DNA of 64,000 nt from Planctomycetota bacterium (GTDB lineage Bacteria; Planctomycetota; Brocadiia; Brocadiales; Bathyanammoxibiaceae): assembly GCA_023261505.1 (NCBI GenBank), contig JAHFOV010000003.1, positions 3,911 to 67,910 on the forward strand. The letters run 5' to 3'. Of the stretch, positions 34,201 to 43,311 are shown piece by piece. The notes under the pieces were generated by a model. It was not told the origin of the DNA. It did no database searches and saw only the letters and a program-made list of their open reading frames with translations. Numbering within the stretch: the first letter of the stretch is position 1; each line of letters opens with the position of its first letter. The translations under genes and the position numbers were made by a program.

Positions 34201-36916
34201 ATACTTTTACTAATCTACCTTCTCCTACCCTCTCCACCCTTGCAGCGCAGACTTTGTACTCGGGGGTCATAGTGATGTTATCGTAGGCGCTTACGGTGAG
34301 GCGGTTGGCGGCAGCCTCGGCGTAGTGCATTGGCATCCAGATAACCCCTTCCTTTATGTCTACCACATGGGCCCTGGCCAGCACTTCTCCACGGCGAGAG
34401 ATTACCCTCACCACATCTCCATCTTGAACTCCATACATTGAGGCATCATAGGGGCTTATCTCCACAAAACATTCGGATTCCATCTGAGTGCACCCCGCAG
34501 AGCGGCGGCTCATAGTCCCCGCATTGTATTGGAAGAGGGTACGGCCTGTAGAAAGGATAAGGGGGAATTCACTGTCCGTCTTCTCTGCTGGTGGGCGGCA
34601 GGGCGGTGCATAGAACTGGCCTAATCCTCTAGCAAAGGTATCTTTGTGCAGGTACTGGGTGCCGGGATGGTCTTTAGTGGGACATGGCCACTGGATACCT
34701 ACCTTTTCTATCCTGTCGTAAGAAATGCCTCCAAAGAGGTTAGGTGCAAGAGAGGCCAGTTCGTCCCATATCTCACTGGGATGATTGTATTTCATAGGAT
34801 AACCCATCCTTGTTGCTAGCTCACATATAATCTGCCAGTCTGCCCTAGAGTTGCCTATGGGTTCCACGGCCTTTCTGACCCGCTGCACTCTCCGCTCGGA
34901 GTTGGTGAAGGTCCCGTCCTTCTCGGCGGCACTGGCTGCGGGAAGGATAACCTGGGCGTACTTTGCCGTCTCGTTCAGGAATATGTCCACTGCTACAACG
35001 AATTCCAGGTTCTTGAGTCCACTTATTATATGTTCCTGATTAGGCTGGCTCATGACAGGGTCTTCGCCCATGATGAAAAGGGCTTTAAGTTTTCCTTCAT
35101 TAGCGGCGTCAAACATCTCAGGGGACATTAGCCCCTTAATGGCGGGCAATTTAACCCCCCAGGCCTTCTCAAACTTCTCTCTTACCGCCCTGTCAGCTAC
35201 CAACTGGTATCCATGGAATTTGTCGGGTGTAGTACCCATATCTGTGGCACCCTGGACATTGTTCTGTCCTCTCAGGGGGTTCACACCTGAGCTAGGTTTT
35301 CCTATGTGCCCTGTAAGCATGGCAAGGTTGGCTATGGTGCGCACGGTTTCAGTACCGCAGACGTGCTCCGTTATTCCGAGGGTATAAAATATGGCGCCCT
35401 TATCCGCTTCGGCGTAAAGTCTTGCGGCCTCTTTAATATCCCTAGCTGGTACACCAGTTATCCTCTCGGCCTTCTCAGGGGTGATGTCTTTACAATATTC
35501 CTTAAGGGCCTCAAAGCCTTCTGTTCTATTGCGGATGAATTCCTTATCCTCCAGCCCCTCAGAGATAATGACATTCATTATGGCATTAAGGAGGATACAA
35601 TCTGTTCCTGGTCTTACCTGTAAGTGATAGTGTGCCCTCTCCGCCAGCCAGGTCTTTCTTGGGTCTACCACAATGAATTTGGCACCCCTCCGGAGGGCGG
35701 CCCGCATCTGTAGTCCTATAATAGGATGGGCCTCTGTGGGGTTGGCTCCAAGGAGGAAGAGTACATCGGCGGAGGGTATCTCCCCAATGGAATTGGTCAT
35801 AGACCCACTACCAAAGCTTGCGGCCAGACCGGCCACAGTGGGGGCGTGTCAGGTACGGGCGCACATATCCATGCTATTGGTTCCCACCACTGCACGGGCA
35901 AACTTCATCATCAAATAATTCTCTTCGTTTGTGCACCTGGCGGAACCAATGCAGGCTATGCTCTGGGAACCGTATTTTTCCTTGATTTCCAGTAATCTGG
36001 AGGCAACGAGGCTCATGGCCTCCTCCCAACTGGCCTCCTCCAATCTTCCACCTCTTCTTATCAGGGGCTCTGTGAGGCGGTCGGGATGATGGACAAAGTC
36101 GTATCCGAAGCGACCTTTTATACAGAGATTCCCATTATTGGGTACTGTGCCTACTTCTGAGGTCACTTTTACTAACTTGCCTGTATTTGTATTTACGTTC
36201 AGGAAGAGGTTACAGCCAACCCCACAATAGGCGCAGACGGTTTGCGTCTTTTTTAGCTCCCATGCCCTGCCCTTGCCTTCTGCCTGTTTTTCCCTAAGTG
36301 CCCCTACTGGACAGGTGGAAACGCACTGCCCACAGAACTCACAGGTGGTTCCCAATAGGGTATCGCCATAAGCCGGACCTACTACAGAATCGAAACCGCG
36401 GTTTATAAAGTCCAGGGCCTCAGCCTGTTCCACCTCATCACATATCCTGACACAGCGACCACAGAGGATACACTTAGAGTCATCCCTCAGTATCATGGTG
36501 TTTGGGTCTGGGACTATCCCTCTCTGCGGCTGTCTGAAGAAGCGGCTCTCTTTTATTCCATACTCATAGGCGAGGTCTTGCAGTGTACAGGTGCCACACT
36601 TATCGCAGGTCATGCAATCAAGGGGATGGTCAGAAAGGATGAGTTCCAGTATGAAACGGCGGGAATCCATGACCTTTTTGGTGTTAGTTCTGACCACCAT
36701 GCCTTCCTGTATCTCTGCGGAGCAGGCAGTCTGGAGGGTACGCGCCTTTTCCACCTCCACAAGGCATACCCTACATGCCCCAAAGGGTTTCAGCCTGGGG
36801 TCGTGGCATAGAGTGGGAATCTTTATACCTAAACGGCTAGCTACTTCTAGGATGGTCTGCCCTGGAGTGGCCTCTACTTGCCTATCATCAATAGTGAGCC
36901 TAATCTTCTGCACCAA
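34163..36916 (-). CDS. fdhA: Selenocysteine-containing formate dehydrogenase alpha subunit (NuoG-like Fe-S N-terminus plus molybdopterin domain)
   Basis: ORFs 35849..36916 and 34163..35836 are in frame across TGA (35851-35849): ..[30 protein letters not shown].., the canonical FDH Sec context. The N-terminus has 2Fe-2S (CHDPRLKPFGACRVCLVEV) and 4Fe-4S motifs. Confidence 0.9.
35804..35851 (-). promoter_or_regulatory. UGA(Sec) codon plus SECIS-like stem-loop
   Basis: Downstream RNA: lower stem CCCACU/AGUGGG (35842-35837 / 35809-35804), upper stem GUGGCC/GGCCGC with apical loop GGUCU (35830-35826). The loop begins 19 nt after the UGA. Confidence 0.65.
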
Positions 36917-37027
36917 ATTTCCTTTCTATTTAAACCAAATAATAGCATTTTCAGATTTTTAGGTCAAGGCAGGATTACAATGTCATTTAAATTGAGCTTT
37001 CTGAAAAGTGAGTCATTGATACTTCGT

Positions 37028-37121
37028 GTCATTGCGATCCGCCTTAGGCGGAGAAGCAACCTCATGTTTTCAAGCAAATAACTTAGGAGATCGCTTCGGG
37101 GCTTAGCCCCCTCGCAATGAC
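37028..37121. repeat. Composite REP-like element: outer 10-bp inverted repeat enclosing two GC hairpins
   Basis: GTCATTGCGA (37028-37037) pairs with TCGCAATGAC (37112-37121). The inner hairpins are TCCGCC-TTA-GGCGGA (37038-37052, copy 4 of the palindrome) and GGGGC-TTA-GCCCC (37098-37110). Confidence 0.65.
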
Positions 37122-37216
37122 GTCTCTGCCCTGGATTTTTCCAGAAACCTCTATGTTCTAATTGAACTTGCTCTCTATTGCACAACAAAACAAATCCCCT
37201 TAAAATACCCGACACC

Positions 37217-39199
37217 ATGAGATATTTCCTATCCCTACTATTTTTATGTGGGCTATTTTTGACCCAATTAATTGGAGAAAACATGACTACCTCTGCCTCC
37301 CCAAGGATACGGGCGCCAGAATTCCCAGAAGGTATTGAATGGCTCAATACCGATAGGCCCCTCAGGTTAGCAGACCTAAAGGGGAAGTTTGTCCTCTTAG
37401 ACTTCTGGACATACTGCTGTATAAACTGCATGCACATCATCCCCGACCTTAAAAAGCTAGAAAAGAGTTATCCTAATGAACTGGCAGTAATCGGCGTTCA
37501 TTCTGCCAAATTTTCTAATGAGAGGGTAACGGAGAATATCCGCCAGGCCATCATGCGCTACGAGATTGAACATCCTGTTGTGAATGATAAGGAACTACAA
37601 ATCTGGTGGTCTTATGCCGTTAGGGCCTGGCCAACACAGGTGCTCATTGACCCCGAGGGTTATGTGCTTGGGATATACACAGGGGAGGGGAACTATGAGT
37701 CTATAGACAGGCAGATAAGGGAGACCCTGCCCTATTTCCGTTCAAAAGGGCTAGTTAAAGAAGGGCCACTGGAACTACCCTTGGAGAGGAACCGTCTGGG
37801 GCCAAGCCCACTTTCATTTCCAGGAAAGATACTTGCAGACCCAGAAAAGGATAGACTTTTCATCAGCGATTCTAATCATAACCGTATAGTTATTACTACC
37901 AGGGAGGGCAGGTTAATAGATGTGGCAGGCTCCGGTGAGATGGGAAAACAGGATGGCCCTTTTAACCAGGCCAGCTTCTTCCGTCCCCAGGGCATGGCGC
38001 TTCAGGGGGAAACCCTTTACGTGGCAGATACTGAGAATCATCTTATTAGAAAACTAGACCTCCAGGCTAGAACAGTTACCACCATCGCAGGGACAGGCAG
38101 ACAAGGGGGCTTCCTTAGCCTTGGAGGGCTTGGCACCAAAGCCGACCTAAATTCCCCATGGGACCTTTGCCTTTTGGAGGACAAACTCTATATTGCCATG
38201 GCAGGGAACCATCAGATATGGGTAATGGACTTGGCCACTAGCCTTGTCCAGCCCTTTGCAGGCAGCGGCAGGGAAGGCCGGATAGATGGCTCTTTAGAAG
38301 GGAGCGCCTTTGCCCAGCCCAGCGGCCTCACCACCGATGGAAACAGCCTGTTTGTGGCCGACAGCGAGACTAGCTCTATAAGAGGGATAAATCTTAAGTC
38401 TGAGAGGGTGAGTACCATTGTGGGGGTTGACCTCTTTGAGTTCGGCGATGTGGATGGGCAAGGGAACATAGTACGTCTCCAGCACCCCCTGGGAGTCCTC
38501 TTTCACGAAGGATTGCTCTATGTGGCAGACACCTATAATCATAAAATCAAACTAATCGAACCTGAGAAAAGGACCGCCCGAACCCTGCTTGGAGACGGCA
38601 AGCCAGGGTACAAGGACGGAAAAGAGCCAAGGTTTTACGAGCCAGGGGGATTGGCCTTTACAGGCGGCAAGTTATACATAGCAGATAGCAATAACCATAC
38701 CATACGAATATTTGAAACCAATGAGGTAAACACATTAGAGCTTAAAATGGGAGTGGCCCTCGCCACCCTCAAACCTCCTGAGCAGAAACCTACTGTTGGA
38801 CTTCTTTTCCCCGGTGCAAAAGAGATTACTCTGCCCCCGCAAACCCTTTCTGCCAACAGCTCTGGAGAATTAGTTATCAACCTTAATTTTCCAGAAGGCT
38901 ATCACCTCTCTCCTTTGGCACCCTTTATGTACAGCATAGATTCTAAAAGAAGTCTTACCTTTGAAAAAGAGGGAGAAATTGTAAGACTAGAAGGCCCGGG
39001 TATTCCTGTGCGAATCCCTTTTAAGACGCTTGAGGCAACTGAATTTCCTTTAAAGGTTTCTATTACCTTCTATTACTGCCGAGAGGACAATCAGGGCGTC
39101 TGCCTGGCATATTCTGTAGTGTGGCATGTACCAATAAAGCTGGCAGCCCAGGGAGAAACTGCTCTGAGGCTGGATTATACAGCCAGGTCTCCACTTTGA
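37217..39199 (+). CDS. Secreted thioredoxin-fold (TlpA-like) protein fused to an NHL-repeat beta-propeller
   Basis: Signal peptide MRYFLSLLFLCGLFLTQL. The thioredoxin-fold motif is FVLLDFWTYCCINCMH. Repeated NHL units are present (..PQGMALQGETLYVADTENHLIRK.., ..PSGLTTDGNSLFVADSETSSIRG.., ..PGGLAFTGGKLYIADSNNHTIRI..). Confidence 0.85.
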   Translation: MRYFLSLLFLCGLFLTQLIGENMTTSASPRIRAPEFPEGIEWLNTDRPLRLADLKGKFVLLDFWTYCCINCMHIIPDLKKLEKSYPNELAVIGVHSAKFSNERVTENIRQAIMRYEIEHPVVNDKELQIWWSYAVRAWPTQVLIDPEGYVLGIYTGEGNYESIDRQIRETLPYFRSKGLVKEGPLELPLERNRLGPSPLSFPGKILADPEKDRLFISDSNHNRIVITTREGRLIDVAGSGEMGKQDGPFNQASFFRPQGMALQGETLYVADTENHLIRKLDLQARTVTTIAGTGRQGGFLSLGGLGTKADLNSPWDLCLLEDKLYIAMAGNHQIWVMDLATSLVQPFAGSGREGRIDGSLEGSAFAQPSGLTTDGNSLFVADSETSSIRGINLKSERVSTIVGVDLFEFGDVDGQGNIVRLQHPLGVLFHEGLLYVADTYNHKIKLIEPEKRTARTLLGDGKPGYKDGKEPRFYEPGGLAFTGGKLYIADSNNHTIRIFETNEVNTLELKMGVALATLKPPEQKPTVGLLFPGAKEITLPPQTLSANSSGELVINLNFPEGYHLSPLAPFMYSIDSKRSLTFEKEGEIVRLEGPGIPVRIPFKTLEATEFPLKVSITFYYCREDNQGVCLAYSVVWHVPIKLAAQGETALRLDYTARSPL

Positions 39200-39325
39200 A
39201 AACCAGCTTTCCTTTTCTACCAAAATGCATTTAAACTCCTTGAATATAAATCCTTCGTGGAGTAAACATATAGGAACTTCGTATGAACTAGTTATGCGCC
39301 ATTCACTTTTATTATAGGAGTCCCT

Positions 39326-39910
39326 ATGGAACCTACTCTCTGGTTTGTTGATGATTTAGACTCAAATCTGTTGAAGTTTGAAACTAGCCACAGGAATAAA
39401 TTCAAGATGAGGTTCTTTAACAATCCCAATGAAGTCCTTGCGGCTCTTAAAACCGGGCATCCCGATGTCCTTCTCTGTGACATTTACTTTTTTGAAAAGG
39501 ATAAGGCTCAGGAGATCGAAGATAAGGTTCGTACTAAAGTCGAGGAACTCCAAAAGTTAGCGTCTGAACTTGCTGTAGATAAACACCAGGCTGGTGTAAC
39601 CCTAATAGAAGAGATTCAAAGTCAGTTTAATAATTCTCCACCATTCCCTGTTTTTGCTTACTCATCGAAGGCCCCTTATGTTATGCAGGCAAGCGGTTTT
39701 GACCGTCTCAGCCGTGCTGGTGCCTGTTGGCTATTCAAAGGCCGGCATAGTCCCGAAGCGGAACGCATGCTCATTAATCGACAACTTGAAGATTTTAAAC
39801 TACTTCACGGCTGGCGTAGGAAGTTTTTGACACATTTTAAAACATTCCTATTAATCACAGGATTTCTTGGTTGGGCTATCGGTTACGTAATTGCATCGTT
39901 ACTGAAGTGA
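39326..39910 (+). CDS. Receiver (CheY-like) domain protein with a C-terminal transmembrane anchor
   Basis: FVDDLDSN acidic pocket, LLCDIYF phospho-Asp position, AYSSKAP and FKG. The C-terminal TM is FLLITGFLGWAIGYVIASLL. Confidence 0.5.
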   Translation: MEPTLWFVDDLDSNLLKFETSHRNKFKMRFFNNPNEVLAALKTGHPDVLLCDIYFFEKDKAQEIEDKVRTKVEELQKLASELAVDKHQAGVTLIEEIQSQFNNSPPFPVFAYSSKAPYVMQASGFDRLSRAGACWLFKGRHSPEAERMLINRQLEDFKLLHGWRRKFLTHFKTFLLITGFLGWAIGYVIASLLK

Positions 39911-40028
39911 GCAACGTAGCGGTCCCAATAAGACTGATAACCCAATAAAAAGCAAGCTAAGGCTAGATTATGCAGTCATACCTACCTTTGGGAATTTGTT
40001 TCATTTTTATCACCAAGTAAATCAAGAT

Positions 40029-40057
40029 TTGACACTGTGGATTAGCTAGTATACAAT
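40029..40057 (+). promoter_or_regulatory. Candidate promoter TTGACA-N17-TACAAT
   Basis: TTGACA at 40029-40034 and TACAAT at 40052-40057, about 45 nt upstream of ORF 40100. Confidence 0.4.
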
Positions 40058-40099
40058 ACGTAGCATTAAATAAAAAAACAATTCAATTTAATTGGATAT

Positions 40100-40693
40100 A
40101 TGGTTATGGAATTTGCAAATAGGAAGTTGCCACTTCAAGCTGTCACAACGGGCCTTGGAGTTTTTTGCGGAATTTCCATATTTTACATTATCTTAGATAT
40201 AGTCCGCCTTTTATTAGCTCATCATATGGGACTACCCTTAACACCATTTATTATAAAATTGAGCTTCTCAGTTCTCCTCTTGGGCAATTTAGCGATACTC
40301 GCTTGTTTACTCGAAATAGAGTGGCGGAACTTATGGAAGATAATATCTGCCGGCTTTCTTTTGTTTGGTTTTTTCTTTCAATTCTATTCAAGAATATTTG
40401 ATGTTTGGGTTTGGGTTAAAATTAGTAATTTTGAATTTTGGGGAATCTTAATAGGAGCCGACCTTGTATCAATAATACTCATAATCCTTGCCACGCTGGA
40501 ATTTGTTAAATATCGAAGGCTAACTAAGAAATTGTGCGAGCTTATGCGCTTAATAAATTCCGTGTGTAAGAAAGACCCAGAGGCTGGGGAAGTTTTAAAG
40601 AACAGTATCCGGCAAAGGATAGAAAAAAAGGGACTGCTGGAATTTCACGAAAAACAATGGCTAAAGGCAACTGGGGATAAATTTAGTAATTAA
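40100..40693 (+). CDS. Hypothetical membrane protein (about 4-5 TM) with a charged C-terminal tail
   Basis: AT-rich ORF with hydrophobic segments read by eye. I recognise no family. Confidence 0.5.
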   Translation: MVMEFANRKLPLQAVTTGLGVFCGISIFYIILDIVRLLLAHHMGLPLTPFIIKLSFSVLLLGNLAILACLLEIEWRNLWKIISAGFLLFGFFFQFYSRIFDVWVWVKISNFEFWGILIGADLVSIILIILATLEFVKYRRLTKKLCELMRLINSVCKKDPEAGEVLKNSIRQRIEKKGLLEFHEKQWLKATGDKFSN

Positions 40694-40749
40694 AAAGAGG
40701 CATTCTTCACCTGCTTCGTACAGAGTGCAGGCTGTTACTGCTGATTAGT

Positions 40750-41559
40750 ATGATTCCAAAGCTCATCATCCACGGCGGTGCCGGAAAAAGACCACCATCA
40801 AACAGGCAAAGAGAAATACAAAAGGTCCTGGAGAAACTTCTTGAGGCAGCTTATCCTGTGCTTTTAGAGAAGGGGGCGGTAGAGGGGGTGGTGTCCGCCG
40901 TAGGCGGACTGGAGGATAATCCCCTTTTTAATGCCGGGACTGGCTCAAGATTACAAGCTGATGGTAAGGCAAGGCTTACGGCCTCTTTAATGGATGGGCA
41001 GAGACAAAGATTCTCGGCTGTGATAAACATCGAGAGGGTGAAGAATCCTATCAGGGTTGCTCACCTCTTACAAGATGAAATGTTCACAGTGCTAGCTGGG
41101 AGGGAAGCCATGGCCGTTGCCAGGGCTAAGGGTTTCAGGCCCTATAACCCGATTACCAAAGAAAGATTGGCAGAATGGCAGAAACACTATAAGGGTGAAG
41201 GTACGGTAGGGGCAGTAGCAATAGATAGTAATGGTAATATCTCATCTGCCACCTCCACTGGAGGGAGAGGTTTTGAGACGCCGGGAAGGGTGAGTGATGT
41301 AGCCTCTCCATGCGGGACCTATGCCGACAAGCTAGTGGGTTTATCCTGTTCAGGACTGGGAGAGGACATAGTTAATGTGGCCCTGGCTGTAAGGGTTGCG
41401 ATGAGAGTAAATGATGGCATGGGGCTAAAGGAGGCTATGAAGTTATCTCTTAAGGAATTGGAGGCAATTGATGGAAAAGCTGGGATGATAGCTATAGATA
41501 AAGAGGGAAATGCCCTGTGTATATACAACACACAGTTTATGTCCTATGCAGTTAAATGA
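40750..41559 (+). CDS. Isoaspartyl peptidase / plant-type L-asparaginase (Ntn hydrolase)
   Basis: IIHGGAG, NAGTGS, autoprocessing site EGTVGAVAID and ATSTGG. Confidence 0.85.
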   Translation: MIPKLIIHGGAGKRPPSNRQREIQKVLEKLLEAAYPVLLEKGAVEGVVSAVGGLEDNPLFNAGTGSRLQADGKARLTASLMDGQRQRFSAVINIERVKNPIRVAHLLQDEMFTVLAGREAMAVARAKGFRPYNPITKERLAEWQKHYKGEGTVGAVAIDSNGNISSATSTGGRGFETPGRVSDVASPCGTYADKLVGLSCSGLGEDIVNVALAVRVAMRVNDGMGLKEAMKLSLKELEAIDGKAGMIAIDKEGNALCIYNTQFMSYAVK

Positions 41560-41617
41560 GATTGCTTCGTCGCTCCGCTCCTCGCAATGACAGATTCTTC
41601 GCTTCGCTCAGAATGAC
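41560..41617. repeat. Two tandem REP-like hairpin units, each ending in AATGAC
   Basis: gattgcttcgtcgctccgctcctcgcaatgac plus agattcttcgcttcgctcagaatgac. The 12-mer CCTCGCAATGAC is shared with 37110-37121. Confidence 0.6.
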
Positions 41618-41663
41618 ACGAATTGTTAGGGCAACTTTCTCAGAAGGCTCGTTTCCTTTTGCA

Positions 41664-41996
41664 CTACTCATTGCACCCTTTCTTTTGTCTGGAAAAATAG
41701 TTTAGCAGAGATTCAAGTGTCTTATGGGCTTCTTTCTGTGTAGCGTGCAAGTTTAGCTCGCACGTTTGACGTGCCAGGCAAGCTGGCACGCTACATCTCA
41801 AGGGATCCTGATTCTTTGAGAGGTGTGACATGATAGCCTCGATGGCCTTAAGAGTCTCCTCCAGGTCTTTTTCCTGGGAATATGCCCCAGGCTGGCAGGC
41901 CCTTTCTAAAAGGGCCAATGCCTCTTTCCGCTCCTCCATAGGAATGAGGCCTTCCAGGGTAGATGACACCTTTAGTAGTAAAGACTCTGGGGACAT
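41664..41996 (-). CDS. Hypothetical protein (110 aa)
   Basis: ORF only. It overlaps the upstream gene end by 25 nt. Confidence 0.35.
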   Translation of the reverse strand: MSPESLLLKVSSTLEGLIPMEERKEALALLERACQPGAYSQEKDLEETLKAIEAIMSHLSKNQDPLRCSVPACLARQTCELNLHATQKEAHKTLESLLNYFSRQKKGCNE

Positions 41997-42394
41997 GACT
42001 GGCAGTGTGAGACCTTATCGATGCCCGTTTCTTCCTTGCTATCGGTAACAATTAAAGAGACGCTGTAAGAACCGGGTTTATCATAGGCGTGATTAGCCGT
42101 CAAAATAGCAAAACAGCCGTATCTGTAGGGACTGCACCTGCCAGGGTTGGCATAGGCATCGTGGGTGGTATGGAGGGTTTTAGTCCTCACTGTTCCATCG
42201 CCCATATCCCACTTTATTGAGTAACCTTCCCCAGTATCAGGGTCACTAAAATAGGCCTTCAGAAAGATTTCTTGCCCGGGAAGGATTGGCGTATACGGAG
42301 ACGCAAGAGAGTATATTTTGGGCGCGGGTGGGCTGGCAAGGGCAGAAACTGTGTTAAAAAGTAGGATAAAAAACAAACAGAGATAGCGTCCCAT
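41972..42394 (-). CDS. Secreted PKD-domain protein
   Basis: Signal peptide MGRYLCLFFILLFNTVSALA. The PKD pattern is IKWDMGDGT...ANHAYDKPGSYSVSLIVTD. Confidence 0.6.
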   Translation of the reverse strand: MGRYLCLFFILLFNTVSALASPPAPKIYSLASPYTPILPGQEIFLKAYFSDPDTGEGYSIKWDMGDGTVRTKTLHTTHDAYANPGRCSPYRYGCFAILTANHAYDKPGSYSVSLIVTDSKEETGIDKVSHCQSCPQSLYY

Positions 42395-42396
42395 AG

Positions 42397-42990
42397 TTAT
42401 TTAATTTTTGATAAGTCAAATTTGAATTCTACCTTTTTTCCTTTGGGATATGTGACAACAAGGGTTACCGTTTCATTAGGGTCTATACGATGGAGGTCAA
42501 AGTAATAATAGCAGATAGCCCTGTAGGCAGGCGATTGAGGCCAGGATTTCGTACTTTCTGCGACTCCGGTATGCCGCTGTTCTACAGGCTTTATAGTCTG
42601 ATTTGGGCATGTTAGTACAGCACGACAGTCCTTAGCGAAGTACAAATCGTCCCCGTATAGGGACACTCCAAAGGCCAGCCTGTCTTTTAGCTCTTCCAGG
42701 GCCCTATTTATATCATCCTTTGTAATTTTGACAGATTCAAAGGGGATATTTTTTGCCTCAAAGGCTATTTTGGAGAAAGGAGTAACGACCCTTGCAGCAC
42801 CCTTGCCATAACCTAAATCCACCCGCCATTCCTTAAAGAAGGTCAGGTAATCTGCCTCCTTATTAGTCTGGCCATAGGCGATGGCCAGGTTGATTTGTTC
42901 TTCAGTTAGGTCCACCCATACTGCCGCAGATGGCAGAGGAAAGAGCATTAACAAAAAGATTGTCAGGGAAATGGATATTATCTTACCCAT
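42397..42990 (-). CDS. Secreted hypothetical protein (197 aa)
   Basis: Signal peptide ..LLMLFPLPSAA-VW. I recognise no family. Confidence 0.5.
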   Translation of the reverse strand: MGKIISISLTIFLLMLFPLPSAAVWVDLTEEQINLAIAYGQTNKEADYLTFFKEWRVDLGYGKGAARVVTPFSKIAFEAKNIPFESVKITKDDINRALEELKDRLAFGVSLYGDDLYFAKDCRAVLTCPNQTIKPVEQRHTGVAESTKSWPQSPAYRAICYYYFDLHRIDPNETVTLVVTYPKGKKVEFKFDLSKIK

Positions 42991-43017
42991 ATTTTTTCTA
43001 TAATTCTTGGGGTCGAG

Positions 43018-43260
43018 TCATGCCTTCGGCAGATCCCTAGTCGTAGACCTGTTCGGCTTTTGGGTTCGCCCAGGGCGAATAAACTCTGCCACTACATTTT
43101 CTTCTAGTTCCTCGGGCGCGGGTTTCTTTATGCGTTTTGTACCTTTGGCCTTGAAGACCTTGGGACTGGGGCACTTGAGCCTGGGAAATTTGTCTTTTAT
43201 CTCTTTCTTCCTCATGGTGACAAAGCAAAAACCTAATAGCTTAAAGGGTTTAAGCACCAT
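43018..43260 (-). CDS. Small basic hypothetical protein
   Basis: ORF only. It is Lys/Arg/Pro-rich and the start is uncertain. Confidence 0.25.
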   Translation of the reverse strand: MVLKPFKLLGFCFVTMRKKEIKDKFPRLKCPSPKVFKAKGTKRIKKPAPEELEENVVAEFIRPGRTQKPNRSTTRDLPKA

Positions 43261-43311
43261 CAGTAATCTTTCTTTATAATAGAATAATTATAAGCTTCTT
43301 GTAAAATAATT

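Noticed and set aside
36964-37440. 158-aa minus-strand ORF
   Set aside because: It spans the REP-like composite element and the 5' end and signal peptide of the thioredoxin-NHL gene on the opposite strand. It has low-complexity composition and no RBS. I treat it as spurious.
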